A stretch of 64,000 bases of DNA from Chitinivibrionales bacterium (GCA_038247415.1 JBBRUX010000021.1:3207-67206); one strand, 5' to 3'; counted from the first letter of the stretch, positions 9,678 to 19,945 are shown. Made by a program: numbers and translations. The notes: generated from the letters alone by a model not told the origin.

Positions 9678-10484
9678 ATGTATCGAATAATGGGCTCTTT
9701 ATTTCTATCGTGTAGCATTTGTTGTGGGCTCTTTAGTTGTGCTTCTACCATAAAAAAATCCGATGCTGCAATGCTCTTGCCAGAAATAGACGTTGTGCAA
9801 GTAAAAGAAAACTCCGACGAAGCTTTACGTATTGCCCAAGAAGCAAAATTAAATGTTGATGTTGTTAATACAAAAGTTGCCGAAATCGACAACAAACTTG
9901 TTGCTCTTTCGGAAGAAGTTTCGGCTGTTTCCCTTGCTAAAATAGAAGAATTGGAAAACAGGTTGTCGCTCTTGATTGAAGCTCTCAAAGATATTCAAGC
10001 ACAATTATCTGCTATCGAAGTAATGCCGCAGGTTAGAGTCAATACGCCAGCCAACAAGAATCCTGGCATTCCAACCTTTGCGCCATCATCGGCTGGTGGT
10101 GTTTTGCTAACAACCCCAGAATTTGACGCATACCAGAAAGCCCTCGACTCATTTAAGTCTAAAAATTACAAACAGGCTAGCCAATTATTTTCCGACGTCA
10201 TTAAGCAATTTCCCGACGGAAAATTTATTGATAATTGCCAATACTGGATTGGAGAATGCGCATACGCACAACGCGACTTTGCCTCTGCAATTGCAGCATT
10301 TAACAAAGTTTTTGCCTATCAGAACAGCTCCAAAGGTGATGATGCCCAGCTCAAATTAGCGCTTTCGTATCTAAAAATGGGTCAAAATGCTCTTGCAAAA
10401 GCAGAATTCAGTAAATTAATAGATCGTTATCCCGGTTCAGAATATGCGCCGCGTGCAAAAGAATATCTCCAGACGTTGCAATAA
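9678..10484 (+). CDS. ybgF: Tol-Pal system protein YbgF/CpoB-like lipoprotein
   Basis: The internal ATG at 9678 gives MYRIMGSLFLSCSICCGLFSCAS, a lipoprotein signal. A coiled-coil follows (VAEIDNKLVALSEEV..IEELENRLSLLIEALKDIQAQL). The C-terminus carries TPRs: YQKALDSFKSKNYKQASQLF..FPDGKFIDNCQYWIGECAY..YPGSEYAPRAKEYL. Confidence 0.8.
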   Translation: MYRIMGSLFLSCSICCGLFSCASTIKKSDAAMLLPEIDVVQVKENSDEALRIAQEAKLNVDVVNTKVAEIDNKLVALSEEVSAVSLAKIEELENRLSLLIEALKDIQAQLSAIEVMPQVRVNTPANKNPGIPTFAPSSAGGVLLTTPEFDAYQKALDSFKSKNYKQASQLFSDVIKQFPDGKFIDNCQYWIGECAYAQRDFASAIAAFNKVFAYQNSSKGDDAQLKLALSYLKMGQNALAKAEFSKLIDRYPGSEYAPRAKEYLQTLQ

Positions 10485-10503
10485 TACGCACCTAGCTTTG
10501 AGC

Positions 10504-11388
10504 ATGAGCCAAATGCCATTGATATCAATTGTAATTCCTACCTGCAATCGGGCTCATCAGATTGGTGCGCTTCTTGATATCTTAGAGCATGAAGTAACTC
10601 CTCTCTGTGAAATTATCGTGGTTGTTCAGGGCACTATTCCAAGCACCTGCCATCGCCCATGGGTAAAGCTTATTCACCTTAAAAAGCCATCCCTTACCAA
10701 AGCGCGCAATGCAGGAATTAGCGCGAGTACGGGAACTATTATTCTTTTTTTAGATGATGATGTTGTTCCAGCAAACGGGCTCTTAGACATGCATCTTCTT
10801 CTTCATAAAGAATTTTCTAGCCATGCTGTTATTGCAGGAAGAGTTCTAGATGCCCATAATAAAGGCACTTTACAGCATACCGTTTCTTTTACCACTTCGA
10901 AAATGGTTTACAAGGCAGACTACGGACGCATCGATTCTTCCGACATAGATGGCATGCCTGGTTGCCATATGTCGTTTAAACATTCGATCCTGGGCCATGT
11001 GCGCTTCGACCCTTGGTTTAGAGGAAATGCCCATTTTGAAGAGATCGATGTAGGCATGCGAATCCGCAAACGCGGAGGATTGATTCGTTTTGATTCTCGG
11101 GCCTCTCTTACGCACTTGCTTACACCATTGGGAGGATGCCGTAGTGTTGCAGAAAAAAAACGATTCTTGTTCGATCATCATTTTAATGTTTCTTTCTGTT
11201 TTGCAAAGAACATTTCATTGCTTCATGCAAGTACGTATTGTAAGAAACAGTACCACGACATTGAATTTGAAACACGCAGCGGACGCGGTCATTCTAAACG
11301 ATTAGTATTTTTCTCCTTTTTAGGCCTTGCAGTTGGCCTTTGCGCAGGAATACTTCGTCGTTTTTATGGATCGCAAAAATATCGGTAA
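10504..11388 (+). CDS. family 2 glycosyltransferase
   Basis: The ATG at 10504 gives MSQMPLISIVIPTCNRAHQ. The sequence also contains ARNAGISASTGTIILFLDDDVV with a DxD-type motif. Confidence 0.8.
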   Translation: MSQMPLISIVIPTCNRAHQIGALLDILEHEVTPLCEIIVVVQGTIPSTCHRPWVKLIHLKKPSLTKARNAGISASTGTIILFLDDDVVPANGLLDMHLLLHKEFSSHAVIAGRVLDAHNKGTLQHTVSFTTSKMVYKADYGRIDSSDIDGMPGCHMSFKHSILGHVRFDPWFRGNAHFEEIDVGMRIRKRGGLIRFDSRASLTHLLTPLGGCRSVAEKKRFLFDHHFNVSFCFAKNISLLHASTYCKKQYHDIEFETRSGRGHSKRLVFFSFLGLAVGLCAGILRRFYGSQKYR

Positions 11389-11501
11389 ATGCAAAATCAT
11401 GCAATAATGTAATTGCATTGGACGGGCTTCAGAAGCTATTTTTTGGAATCTCATACGAATTTTCAAGTAACAGTAGTATATGTTTTTTCAAGGAGAACTC
11501 C

Positions 11502-13796
11502 ATGTTTAAGCGTCCCGATCCGTATCTTGCCATTGCACCTTGGACCGTTTCTGAAAAAGGGTTTAGCGATTCTAAAAGTCGTCGTAGTGAATCGATTTTT
11601 TCCCAAGGAAACGAATATATGGGCGTTCGTGGTTTCTTTGAAGAAGGGTATTCGGGCGATTCTCTTTTAGGTTGCTATTACAATGGTTCTTTCGAAAGCA
11701 TGAAAATTGAGCATCCTTATGTTTGCAAAGGTATGGCCACACAAGGTCGATTTATGGTGGCTGCACCAAACTGGCTTTATACTCAAATTTCTGTGGATGG
11801 CGTAACGCTCGATATTCATAAAAGCTCTATTAAGAACTTTTCTCGTACACTCGATATGAGAAACGGAATTCTAACGCGAAGCTTTACTTGGAATATTTCA
11901 AAGACAAAATCTGTCGATATTGTTTTCGAGCGTTTTGTATCTATGGACAACAAGCACCTTGGCTGTCAACGTGTTCGATTTACATCGGTTAATTTTACCG
12001 GATCCGTTGCTATTACCTGCGGCGTTGATTTCGATGTAGTGCACGAATTTTCCGATGGACGTTACTGGACAATGCAGAATAAGGAAATCAAAGGATTATC
12101 GGTTGGTGCCATGGGTATCACCACAGGAAGCAAACAACGAGTTACATCACTTGTCAACATCGTGGCTCCAGAAGCCAAAAGCATCAGCGCACTTAAATCC
12201 GATACTTTAGCAGCCTGCAGCTTTTCCCTGCCTCTTAAGGCCGGCGTAGAAATTGGCTACGATCGCCAGTGTATGAATACCGTTACCTTTGATGAAAAGA
12301 TCCCCCAAGCTTCTGTCTGGAACGCATGTGTAAAAAGCGCTACTCCCGTATTTGCCAAATCGTACGATGCGCACAGCGCAAAGCATTGCAAAGCATGGGA
12401 AGAACTTTGGAAAACATCAACCGTTACCATTGATGGAGACGAAGGCGCACAGCAAGGTCTTCGCTTTTGTATTTTTCAACTTCTTCAAACGTATCATGGA
12501 GCCGACACACACACCAATGTTGGAGCAAAAGGCTTAACAGGTGAAGTTTACTGGGGATCTGCTTTCTGGGACATAGAAACCTATTGCCTACCCTTTTATG
12601 CCCTCACCTGCCCACCCGCTGCACATAACCTTATTGGATTTCGGCATCGCACATTACCACAAGCAAAAGCAGGTGCTCTAGAACGTGGCTGCGAAGGCGC
12701 ACGGTATCCTATGGTAACCATCGATGGGAACGAAAGCTGCGGCCCTTGGCAATACGGAGAGCTCGAAATTCACGTATCAGCTGCTGTTGCCTTTGCAGCG
12801 TGGCATTATTACATGATTACCAAAGATGAAAAATTCATTCAGACAATTGGCCTCGAATTGCTTATTGAAATCTCTCGCTATTTTGCAAGCCGTGGTTTAT
12901 GGAATAAGAACGATGGCAGCTTCGGATTTTATGGCGTCATGGGTCCCGATGAATTTCACATGATGGTGCATAACAACCATTATACCAACACCATTGTTAA
13001 AAATATTTTTGAATTTACTTGTTCAACGGTACCGACTCTTGCCAAAAAAGACAAAACCGCTTTTACCGCGCTCGCAAAAAAGACTAAAATTTCGGATACC
13101 GAACTTGCGACCTGGAAAAATATGGCTAAAAAGATGCGTTCAAAACAAGATCCTAAAACGGGTCTTATTGAACAATTCGACGGATTCTTTGACCTTCCTC
13201 ACATTGAAGTTGCAAAGATCCCGCTCGATCAAATTCCTATTCAGTCACACTGGGTATACACCCGTATTTTCGAGCGCGATATGATAAAGCAACCTGACGT
13301 GCTCATGCTTCAGTTCTTGTATGGTACACAGTATACGGCAGCTCAGAAAAAAGTAAACTTCGATTTTTATGAACCGCGCTGCGCCCATGAGTCTTCTTTG
13401 TCACCAAGTATTCATAGCATTATCGCGTGCGAAATTGGCTACGAAAAAATGGCATACGATTATCTCCAATATTCGATGCGATTGGACTTAGACGACTTCA
13501 ATCGTAATACCCGCGAAGGTTTACATGTTACATCAATGGGTGCTGCATGGATGAATGTAACCTATGGCTATGCTGGGATGAAAACCGATGGAGACCTTCT
13601 CGTATTGTCGCCTACGTTACCACAAGCATGGAATGGGTATTCGTTCCGTATTATTTATCGCGGATCATTGCTCGAAATTGCTGTCAATAAAGAAGGTATT
13701 CAACTTAACTTGATCGAAGGTTCGTCGCTTACTATAAAGCTTTATGGTAAATCGGCCAAGATTGGGAAGTCGGGGTTTGCCGCTTCGCTTCAGTAG
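11502..13796 (+). CDS. GH65 family glycoside phosphorylase/hydrolase (kojibiose/maltose/trehalose-phosphorylase type)
   Basis: The ATG at 11502 is preceded by AAGGAG; the track ORF 11340.. is an upstream extension. The sequence contains SIFSQGNEYMGVRGFFEEGYSG near the N-terminus. The catalytic region VMGPDEFHMMVHNNHYTNT matches the GH65 GPDEY..NNxYTN motif. There is no signal peptide. Confidence 0.85.
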   Translation: MFKRPDPYLAIAPWTVSEKGFSDSKSRRSESIFSQGNEYMGVRGFFEEGYSGDSLLGCYYNGSFESMKIEHPYVCKGMATQGRFMVAAPNWLYTQISVDGVTLDIHKSSIKNFSRTLDMRNGILTRSFTWNISKTKSVDIVFERFVSMDNKHLGCQRVRFTSVNFTGSVAITCGVDFDVVHEFSDGRYWTMQNKEIKGLSVGAMGITTGSKQRVTSLVNIVAPEAKSISALKSDTLAACSFSLPLKAGVEIGYDRQCMNTVTFDEKIPQASVWNACVKSATPVFAKSYDAHSAKHCKAWEELWKTSTVTIDGDEGAQQGLRFCIFQLLQTYHGADTHTNVGAKGLTGEVYWGSAFWDIETYCLPFYALTCPPAAHNLIGFRHRTLPQAKAGALERGCEGARYPMVTIDGNESCGPWQYGELEIHVSAAVAFAAWHYYMITKDEKFIQTIGLELLIEISRYFASRGLWNKNDGSFGFYGVMGPDEFHMMVHNNHYTNTIVKNIFEFTCSTVPTLAKKDKTAFTALAKKTKISDTELATWKNMAKKMRSKQDPKTGLIEQFDGFFDLPHIEVAKIPLDQIPIQSHWVYTRIFERDMIKQPDVLMLQFLYGTQYTAAQKKVNFDFYEPRCAHESSLSPSIHSIIACEIGYEKMAYDYLQYSMRLDLDDFNRNTREGLHVTSMGAAWMNVTYGYAGMKTDGDLLVLSPTLPQAWNGYSFRIIYRGSLLEIAVNKEGIQLNLIEGSSLTIKLYGKSAKIGKSGFAASLQ

Positions 13797-13822
13797 CAGA
13801 AACTATTCCTCAGCATATAATC

Positions 13823-13856
13823 AAAAGGGACATTGCCTCATGGGATGTCCCTTTTT
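13823..13856. terminator. bidirectional rho-independent terminator
   Basis: AAAA-GGGACAT (13827-13833) - 11-nt loop - ATGTCCC (13845-13851) - TTTTT, located between convergent genes. Confidence 0.65.
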
Positions 13857-13868
13857 GTTTAAACTTTT

Positions 13869-15332
13869 TTAATCTACAGTAAACGTTTGTGCCTTATAGC
13901 TTTTCTGGCCATCTAGCCTAATTTTAGCTACATAAACACCCGACCTAAAATTCCGGGTTGAAATACGCATCGACGAACCAGTCGATGCAAAATTCCCTCG
14001 CACTACGCCTTTTGCATCCACGATGGTAATCTGATGCGTTCCTTCGGTATCAAAGCGCAAAGCAATAGAACCACCTTCAAAGTTTGCAACTCCTGGCTTT
14101 ATAAGTTTTGTACCATTTTCGTTATACAAGCCTCGATTAATCGAAACATATTGCCGCAAATCAGCATTAATTTCGGAATCGGGTGCGGTAACCACAAAAT
14201 CGCCGGCTTCTTGTTTGCGAATATACTTTCCTGTAAATGAAGCAGCAGGACAAAATGCAGCCCAGTTTTCTGTGCATGCCCGGGGATTAAAAGAAACCAT
14301 GATGGTTTTCTTATCTTTCCAATTGACAAGTACTTGATTACTTCCGCACCGATCATCCCACCGGCCACCCTGCTGCCAACCAATTCGAAAACTTACCCAC
14401 TTATCGGAATTAGCCGACCACCTGTTTTCTTCACAGCCATCGCCTACTGTATACACATTTCCATCATCACACGTCATTTTGATTGCATTGCAATTGACAG
14501 CCCAATCGTTATAATTCTTTGCAAGTACCAAAGATGCTCCTGTGGAACTTGCATAATTACCAAATTGATACGAAGAATGTCCAGCATCCACAGTCCAGAA
14601 TATGTAGTTTCCAGAAGGGGAAATTGCATTGGTGCATCCTTGACTATATGCTAATGATTGATTTGAGCACGCTGTTGTTGCCTCTGAGGGGAAGGCAAAC
14701 CGAAGAATCTCGTTTGAGCACCTAGAAGAATCACCTTTACGTACCGTCATTTTATCGGCATGTGCGGATAAGCTCCACACCCACGCCGAATACGGAAGCG
14801 TAACTACTTTTTCTTTTACCAAAGTCTTTTCGTTAACACGCCAGATTTGGCTTGACCCCGCGGTATTATTGCCTCCGATATTGAAATAGATCCAATCGCC
14901 AACCGGCCAATCCATATACCCTTGTGCATCGCCACTTACATCTTTAAGATCCAAAAGTATTCGTCGATTTGAACCATCGGTATTAATAACAACAATGTAC
15001 GAACTGGCTGCCATGAATCCACCACCACCATTGGGCCCGATGGTCTCACTGAAATAGGCACATTTAGTTCCAGAAATATTTAGTGTAGCCCACCGTGTGC
15101 AAAAATTTGCTGTAGTATCCAGCACTTTGTCGGAGATTACCTGATCATTTTGAATTCTGTAAACATGCAGTTTTCCAAATGTTGGTGATTCGGTACAACA
15201 AAAAGGCTTATTGATTCCCGGATACAACGTAGTGCTATCTGCACGCATAGAAACTGCTATACCGGAGGTTGCAAAGACCTGTAACGATCCTGATAAAAGA
15301 ATTCCCATAAAACGCAAACTCTTGAAAGACAT
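13869..15332 (-). CDS. secreted beta-propeller-like protein with T9SS-type C-terminal sorting domain
   Basis: The ATG at 15332 has GGAG 8 nt upstream, whereas the longer track ORF starts at a GTG at 15353. The signal peptide is MSFKSLRFMGILLSGSLQVFA. The C-terminus THQITIVDAKGVVRGNF..RSGVYVAKIRLDGQKSYKAQTFTVD resembles a Por secretion tail. Confidence 0.7.
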   Translation of the reverse strand: MSFKSLRFMGILLSGSLQVFATSGIAVSMRADSTTLYPGINKPFCCTESPTFGKLHVYRIQNDQVISDKVLDTTANFCTRWATLNISGTKCAYFSETIGPNGGGGFMAASSYIVVINTDGSNRRILLDLKDVSGDAQGYMDWPVGDWIYFNIGGNNTAGSSQIWRVNEKTLVKEKVVTLPYSAWVWSLSAHADKMTVRKGDSSRCSNEILRFAFPSEATTACSNQSLAYSQGCTNAISPSGNYIFWTVDAGHSSYQFGNYASSTGASLVLAKNYNDWAVNCNAIKMTCDDGNVYTVGDGCEENRWSANSDKWVSFRIGWQQGGRWDDRCGSNQVLVNWKDKKTIMVSFNPRACTENWAAFCPAASFTGKYIRKQEAGDFVVTAPDSEINADLRQYVSINRGLYNENGTKLIKPGVANFEGGSIALRFDTEGTHQITIVDAKGVVRGNFASTGSSMRISTRNFRSGVYVAKIRLDGQKSYKAQTFTVD

Positions 15333-15431
15333 ACAATTCTCCTCTTCTAACACATTTCTAAATAAGATTCTAACGATAAGATATCATTTCTTGGCGGCAT
15401 TTTCTCTTAAATTTTTTGACTTTCCGGCTAA

Positions 15432-15445
15432 TTCGTACTAGTTTT
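15432..15445 (+). promoter_or_regulatory. conserved T(T/C)GTACTA(A/G)TTTT box upstream of the decayed regulator paralog
   Basis: TTCGTACTAGTTTT lies 30 nt upstream of the ancestral start position (15475). TTTGTACTAATTTT lies 28 nt upstream of the intact paralog start at 19973. Confidence 0.3.
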
Positions 15446-15474
15446 GGCACACTACTTTTGATAGGGAGATCCTT

Positions 15475-16241
15475 ATAAATTCCATTGCTCGTCCTGCTCA
15501 ATCCAAAGCGTTTAAGCTTCTTTCTGAAATGATACTATCTTTCCAATTTCCCGCTGGCTCGCCGCTTCCATCAATCCGTGTTTTATCAAAGATCTATGGT
15601 GTGAGCACTATGAGCATGCAAAAAGGGATAGCGCAAGCCAAGGAAGTTGGTCTTGTGACCCAATTGCCCAATCGCCGATTAATAGCTTCCATTCTGCCCG
15701 ATACCCCTTATGATACAAAACAATTTTTCTGCTTACCAAATAAAGGTACAACAAACTCATACGCTAATTCCCCTGTGTTACCCTATTCCTCATCAAAACA
15801 AAGAATCTTGCAAGATATTCGCAAAAAAATTCTCACAGGAGAACTCAACAGCAAAATCAATTTTCCCTCCCTCAAAATGTTTTGTCAACAGTATAAAGCA
15901 TCCCATCGTACAATTCGGGCAGTTTTACAGGAACTCTTTGCAAAAGCGACCCCATTCCTACAGCTTGGATTGCTGTAAACGACTTTACAGCTGCCATAGC
16001 ACAATAAGGCCTTAAAAATCTATCCAAACCAGACAGTCCTCTATCGCTGGTTTCTTTTGAAAATTCAAGCCTTGCACATAACGCTCAAATTGCGTCCTAC
16101 GATTTTAATATCCCTGGAACGGTTGCAGCAGTTCTTAACTTTATTGTATCGGATTCAAAAGCGTCGAGTAGGTTTGGTGTTGAGCAGGAAGAAATTCAAG
16201 AGACCCTTATTGAGAGATGGTCCTTGAAAAGAGAGGTATAA
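15475..16241 (+). pseudogene. decayed paralog of the dual-GntR/LacI-type regulator (start codon lost, large internal deletion)
   Basis: Homology to the 19973..21547 product begins upstream of the first ATG: INSIARPAQSKAFKLLSEMILSFQFPAGSPLPSIRVL aligns with MKTISQPALEKATQWLTELIRIKRFEAGSVLPSIRLL. ATA occupies the position of the start codon. The frame stops at 15978 after the second wHTH. In another frame, SLVSFENSSLAHNAQIASYDFNIPGTVAAVLNFIVSD..ETLIERWSL (about 16040-16241) aligns with the last ~65 aa of the intact protein. About 300 aa of sensor domain are missing. Confidence 0.6.
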
Positions 16242-16295
16242 GCATGATGATTGCAATGAAAACAGCCAATCCTTTTTTGCTGCTCTAATTACGTT

Positions 16296-17114
16296 TTACT
16301 GAAGTATAATTAGATTGCTCGCACCTGCTGTATATACATCGCTAGCTATTATTTTTGCTCCTCTTAAACCTTTAGTCCCATTTGTTTGGACACTTCTTCT
16401 ACCATTTACAAAAAAACATCCTCTTTCTTTTGTATAAGCTTTACTAGCACTTGATCTGATTGGGACACGGACTCCAACTTTGCCTTTAATGACCAATTGC
16501 TCCAAGAACGCCAGTTTATTCCTGTCAAAATAATACTCAACTTTAATACTGCAATTCGTCCCTAGCTTAAGAGAATCAGCAAGCGTCCACTGATATGACG
16601 TTATCCCCGATGCGATAGGACCATCATAAATAGACAAATAATTTTTGCCGCCATCGGTTGAAATGTACAATAAAACAGCAACCGCTTGAGGCACTTGCCA
16701 CTTAAGATTTACAGTTGATCCTATTGTTAACGTATCGCCAGCTTTAGGAGATGTAATTTTAAAGACAACAGAATCTGCAACGGTGACAGCAATCGTATCT
16801 TTTGAAGTAGCCTTTCCATCGGTAGCGCTGAGTGCAAAAGTATAGTTTCCTGCAACGGTAAATTTAACACCGGAAATCGCATATCCAGGATAGTATATCT
16901 GTGCACCCGGAATAGGACCAGTCAATTGCTGCCATTGGATATTCAAGGAATCTTTTGGAAGACTATCATCCGATACTGTTCCTTTTAAGGTAAATGGTAG
17001 ACCCAACGAAATTGTCGTGTCATGTGCAGTTTTTACAACAGGGGGGAGATTTACGGCCGTTGCAATATTTACAAAAACAAAACTTAACGTTAAAATACTT
17101 ATCGAAAATCTCAT
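16296..17114 (-). CDS. secreted PKD/Ig-like repeat protein
   Basis: The signal peptide is MRFSISILTLSFVFVNIATA. Two Ig/PKD-like modules are present: LKGTVSDDSLPKDSLNIQWQQLTGP..YTFALSATDGKATSKDTIAVTV. A basic C-terminal tail may be a sorting signal. Confidence 0.7.
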   Translation of the reverse strand: MRFSISILTLSFVFVNIATAVNLPPVVKTAHDTTISLGLPFTLKGTVSDDSLPKDSLNIQWQQLTGPIPGAQIYYPGYAISGVKFTVAGNYTFALSATDGKATSKDTIAVTVADSVVFKITSPKAGDTLTIGSTVNLKWQVPQAVAVLLYISTDGGKNYLSIYDGPIASGITSYQWTLADSLKLGTNCSIKVEYYFDRNKLAFLEQLVIKGKVGVRVPIRSSASKAYTKERGCFFVNGRRSVQTNGTKGLRGAKIIASDVYTAGASNLIILQ

Positions 17115-17229
17115 GATCTAATCCTTCGTAAATTTCTTGTTTGTTACTAATCCAACCCAAAGATAAAAAAGCCCCACCACATACACTTGCACTGATAGGG
17201 CTAAATAAAATCTGCCGCACGCGTATAAG

Positions 17230-18462
17230 TTATCGAGCTATAAGGTCACAAGAAAGACTTGCTTTCCCGTTTTGCGCAGTGCGGATAACAAGCCCATTAG
17301 AGAGCTTACTTGTTTGCAGCAATTTGCGTCCGTCAATAGCATACGATGCTTGTTTAGCCTGTGATTCTTGAGCCCTTACAGACACCAGATTTTTTACACT
17401 TGTTGGCACGGGTGTATAGATGCAAAGAGACAAGCTGCTTGGCCAATTACAAGGACTTGCTGTATTCGCCTCCAGTGTAATAAAAGTCATATCAGAAATT
17501 CGCATGATGTAGGGATTTTGAGCTGTAAAATATCCAAAAAACGTATAAAAATTTGAATGATTGCTATAGCGAGTACATTCATATTCGTTGTGAGTCGTCT
17601 CACCGCAGTTAGAATTTCCATTTTCAGCAAGAATTAATGCTGATGTATTTATAGAAACCTTAACAGATCCATCTGGATTATAAATATTATGCAGGCTGTG
17701 TGTGCCATTTTGTAATATTACATTGTAATTATTATCGGGAGAAATCGACGGATAACAAGACTCATTGCTTATTTGTTTAAGAACACTTGCACCTGTTCCT
17801 GGGTTTTGAATAAGATTCGTAATGGGATGTGGGTTTAAACACATGCGTTTGCCATCCCGAGAAAGAGTAACCCAAATTGACATAAAGTCGCTAGTTTTGT
17901 TCCACAATACAGATTCATCGGATGGTTTATCAACATTTACTTTACAAACTCCAATATTCGTTTTCATTATAATTGCATAATCTTTATTTGTTACCGGATC
18001 GCGCCAATAACCTTCGATCACAAATCTTTCCACACCTGGCCCCCCAAAAAATCGCTTTAAGCCAGTCCCGTCCCAATTAATGACATATCCTGAATAAGTG
18101 GCATCCCAATTTTCTTGGTAATCCTGGAAAATGACCCGTGTGCCATCATCGGTAATAAATGGGTTCACACAGCGATGGTTCGCGTTTACAGAAGGAGTTA
18201 TGCTCGAAAAAATTGAATTAGGGGTAAGCTCACTTATAACGGCATTATCAGCATCCATTTTGACAATTGTTCTAACAACATTTGCATCAGACCATGAAGC
18301 CTGATTTGGACCCTTATTCCAGGCCATTTTTGCCTTCTGCGTTCCTGTCAACTGTAAAAACAACTTAAGTCCAGCAGATGTAGTTACAGGCGCTGCTGCC
18401 ATAAGCTGGGCCAGAGCCCCAGAAGCAATAAGCACTGCAATTGCTCTTTTCAAGCTTTTCAT
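17230..18462 (-). CDS. secreted beta-propeller-like (TolB/PD40-like) protein with T9SS-type C-terminal domain
   Basis: The signal peptide is MKSLKRAIAVLIASGALAQLMA. PD40-like strings are present: ITDDGTRVIF, LSRDGKRM, ISPDNNY. The C-terminal tail is YAIDGRKLLQTSKLSNGLVIRTAQNGKAS. Confidence 0.7.
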   Translation of the reverse strand: MKSLKRAIAVLIASGALAQLMAAAPVTTSAGLKLFLQLTGTQKAKMAWNKGPNQASWSDANVVRTIVKMDADNAVISELTPNSIFSSITPSVNANHRCVNPFITDDGTRVIFQDYQENWDATYSGYVINWDGTGLKRFFGGPGVERFVIEGYWRDPVTNKDYAIIMKTNIGVCKVNVDKPSDESVLWNKTSDFMSIWVTLSRDGKRMCLNPHPITNLIQNPGTGASVLKQISNESCYPSISPDNNYNVILQNGTHSLHNIYNPDGSVKVSINTSALILAENGNSNCGETTHNEYECTRYSNHSNFYTFFGYFTAQNPYIMRISDMTFITLEANTASPCNWPSSLSLCIYTPVPTSVKNLVSVRAQESQAKQASYAIDGRKLLQTSKLSNGLVIRTAQNGKASLSCDLIAR

Positions 18463-18494
18463 AGATTTCTCCTTAAATAGATATATTCAAAATC

Positions 18495-19799
18495 CTAGTT
18501 GCTATTGTGATAATTAAAGATAATAACGCGGCTGAGATTCCCGCTTTGATTCCTCTTTAGTACCAGTGCACTTTTGCCAAAACTTTTAGAAATGCGTTTT
18601 CCTTGTATTGTGAACAAGCTAATGCCTAGCGTGCTGTTTCCAATTTCAACACCCGCCACAGGCTGTTTACCAAAAGAGGATTTCACATCAACGCTTGCCC
18701 CTGTTATGCTCTTGATACCTGCATACAGGAGATTTCCCATGCGGCCATATTCCGAAGATCCAGGATGTAAACAATCGCCGCCAACAGTATCGTTTGTAAG
18801 TATACCTTCCATAGTATTCATGTAGAGGGCGCTTTTTCCTGCAGTGGTATATTTTTGGGCAAGAGTTTTTAAGCCTGCATTAAATTGATAGATTTTAGGT
18901 TTCATTGCATTAATTTCAGATGCAAACTGTGTAAAGCACCATTCAGGCAAAGGTACTAAAAGCAAAGTCGTTTGGGGGTTAAGAGCATAAATCCTAGAAG
19001 CGAGGGTATCGTATTGTGCTAAGAAATTAGGAACATTCTTTTCCGCTATACTTGTTGCACCGCTATTAAAGTCATTTGTTCCGATCTCTAAAATAACAAT
19101 ATCGGGACGGAAATTTTTAATAGCGCGATCAACAACGCCACGTGTTAAATCGCCAATTGCTCTGCTATTCCATCCCTCATGATATGGATCGACCATACCA
19201 GCAGCAGATTGACGAGTAAAACTTCCAACAAGCAAAAAATTATAGCCGCCTTTTGTAAGGGAATCGTACAAATTTGTCCGATATCCACCTGCATTATTGG
19301 GCCCATCGTAGCCAGAAGTAATTGAATTTCCAAGCGGTAGTATTTTTAAGAATCTATTTTTTACAATAGTGGTTGTTGTTGCAACAGGTGTAGCGTTTAC
19401 TTCTGCTGATTTAGTCGCATCTGTTCCAGCCGTTACCTGATAATAATATTTTGTACCATTTGCTACCGTTGTATCTGCAAAGTCGACACAAAAAAGCTGC
19501 ACGGTTGTTTTGTTATCCCACACAGAAACCGCAGAATCGGAAGAGAAGAAACCATTAGCCTGTTTAATATTCGGAACAGCCGCAGGTAGCACGTTTGCAT
19601 TAAGCAGTGATGTACCAGTATTCCCAGATGTGGTAGACCTATATACTTTATAATTAGTTGCACCAGCGACCCTGTTCCATACCAGAGTAACCATACCATT
19701 ACCTGGAATTGCTCGCACGCCGCTAGGAGCAGCAGCAAAGACAGCGCTGCATGAGAGCGCAAAGAATACTTGTATCTTGGTCAATTTTTGGGATTTCAT
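18495..19799 (-). CDS. secreted Fn3-SGNH/GDSL carbohydrate esterase with T9SS-type C-terminal domain
   Basis: The protein has a signal peptide. The Fn3 module is VRAIPGNGMVTLVWNRVAGATNYKVYRS. The SGNH blocks are LGNSITSG (Ser nucleophile), GTNDF and DCLHP (DxxH). The tail is LFTIQGKRISKSFGKSALVLKRN. Confidence 0.8.
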   Translation of the reverse strand: MKSQKLTKIQVFFALSCSAVFAAAPSGVRAIPGNGMVTLVWNRVAGATNYKVYRSTTSGNTGTSLLNANVLPAAVPNIKQANGFFSSDSAVSVWDNKTTVQLFCVDFADTTVANGTKYYYQVTAGTDATKSAEVNATPVATTTTIVKNRFLKILPLGNSITSGYDGPNNAGGYRTNLYDSLTKGGYNFLLVGSFTRQSAAGMVDPYHEGWNSRAIGDLTRGVVDRAIKNFRPDIVILEIGTNDFNSGATSIAEKNVPNFLAQYDTLASRIYALNPQTTLLLVPLPEWCFTQFASEINAMKPKIYQFNAGLKTLAQKYTTAGKSALYMNTMEGILTNDTVGGDCLHPGSSEYGRMGNLLYAGIKSITGASVDVKSSFGKQPVAGVEIGNSTLGISLFTIQGKRISKSFGKSALVLKRNQSGNLSRVIIFNYHNSN

Positions 19800-19931
19800 A
19801 GCAATTTCCTGTTTCTAGCTCTTCAATTATAAAGTGTATACTGTATAAGTTATTTAAAAGAATCGTCTTTGATTCATAATGTATTGATTCTCGTTCGTGC
19901 TTACTACTAGCAAATTTGATTTTATAATCTC

Positions 19932-19945
19932 TTTGTACTAATTTT
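19932..19945 (+). promoter_or_regulatory. conserved TTTGTACTAATTTT box upstream of the regulator gene
   Basis: Same box and same spacing as at 15432-15445. The GTAC core is compatible with a GntR-type half-site or a -10-like element. Confidence 0.3.

Noticed and set aside
11340-11501. N-terminal extensions in the ORF track. Examples are 11340 for GH65, 9594 for ybgF, 10444 for GT2, 8308, 39762 for ybeY, 37110 for GNAT, 30936 and 33385.
   Set aside because: The extensions overlap the preceding genes or lack an RBS. Internal ATGs have Shine-Dalgarno-like sequences and give native-looking N-termini (signal peptides or family-typical starts).
15445-15462. Sigma-54-like TGGCAC upstream of the decayed regulator.
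   Set aside because: The -12 element would read TTTTGA rather than TTGC, and no enhancer-binding protein gene is nearby.
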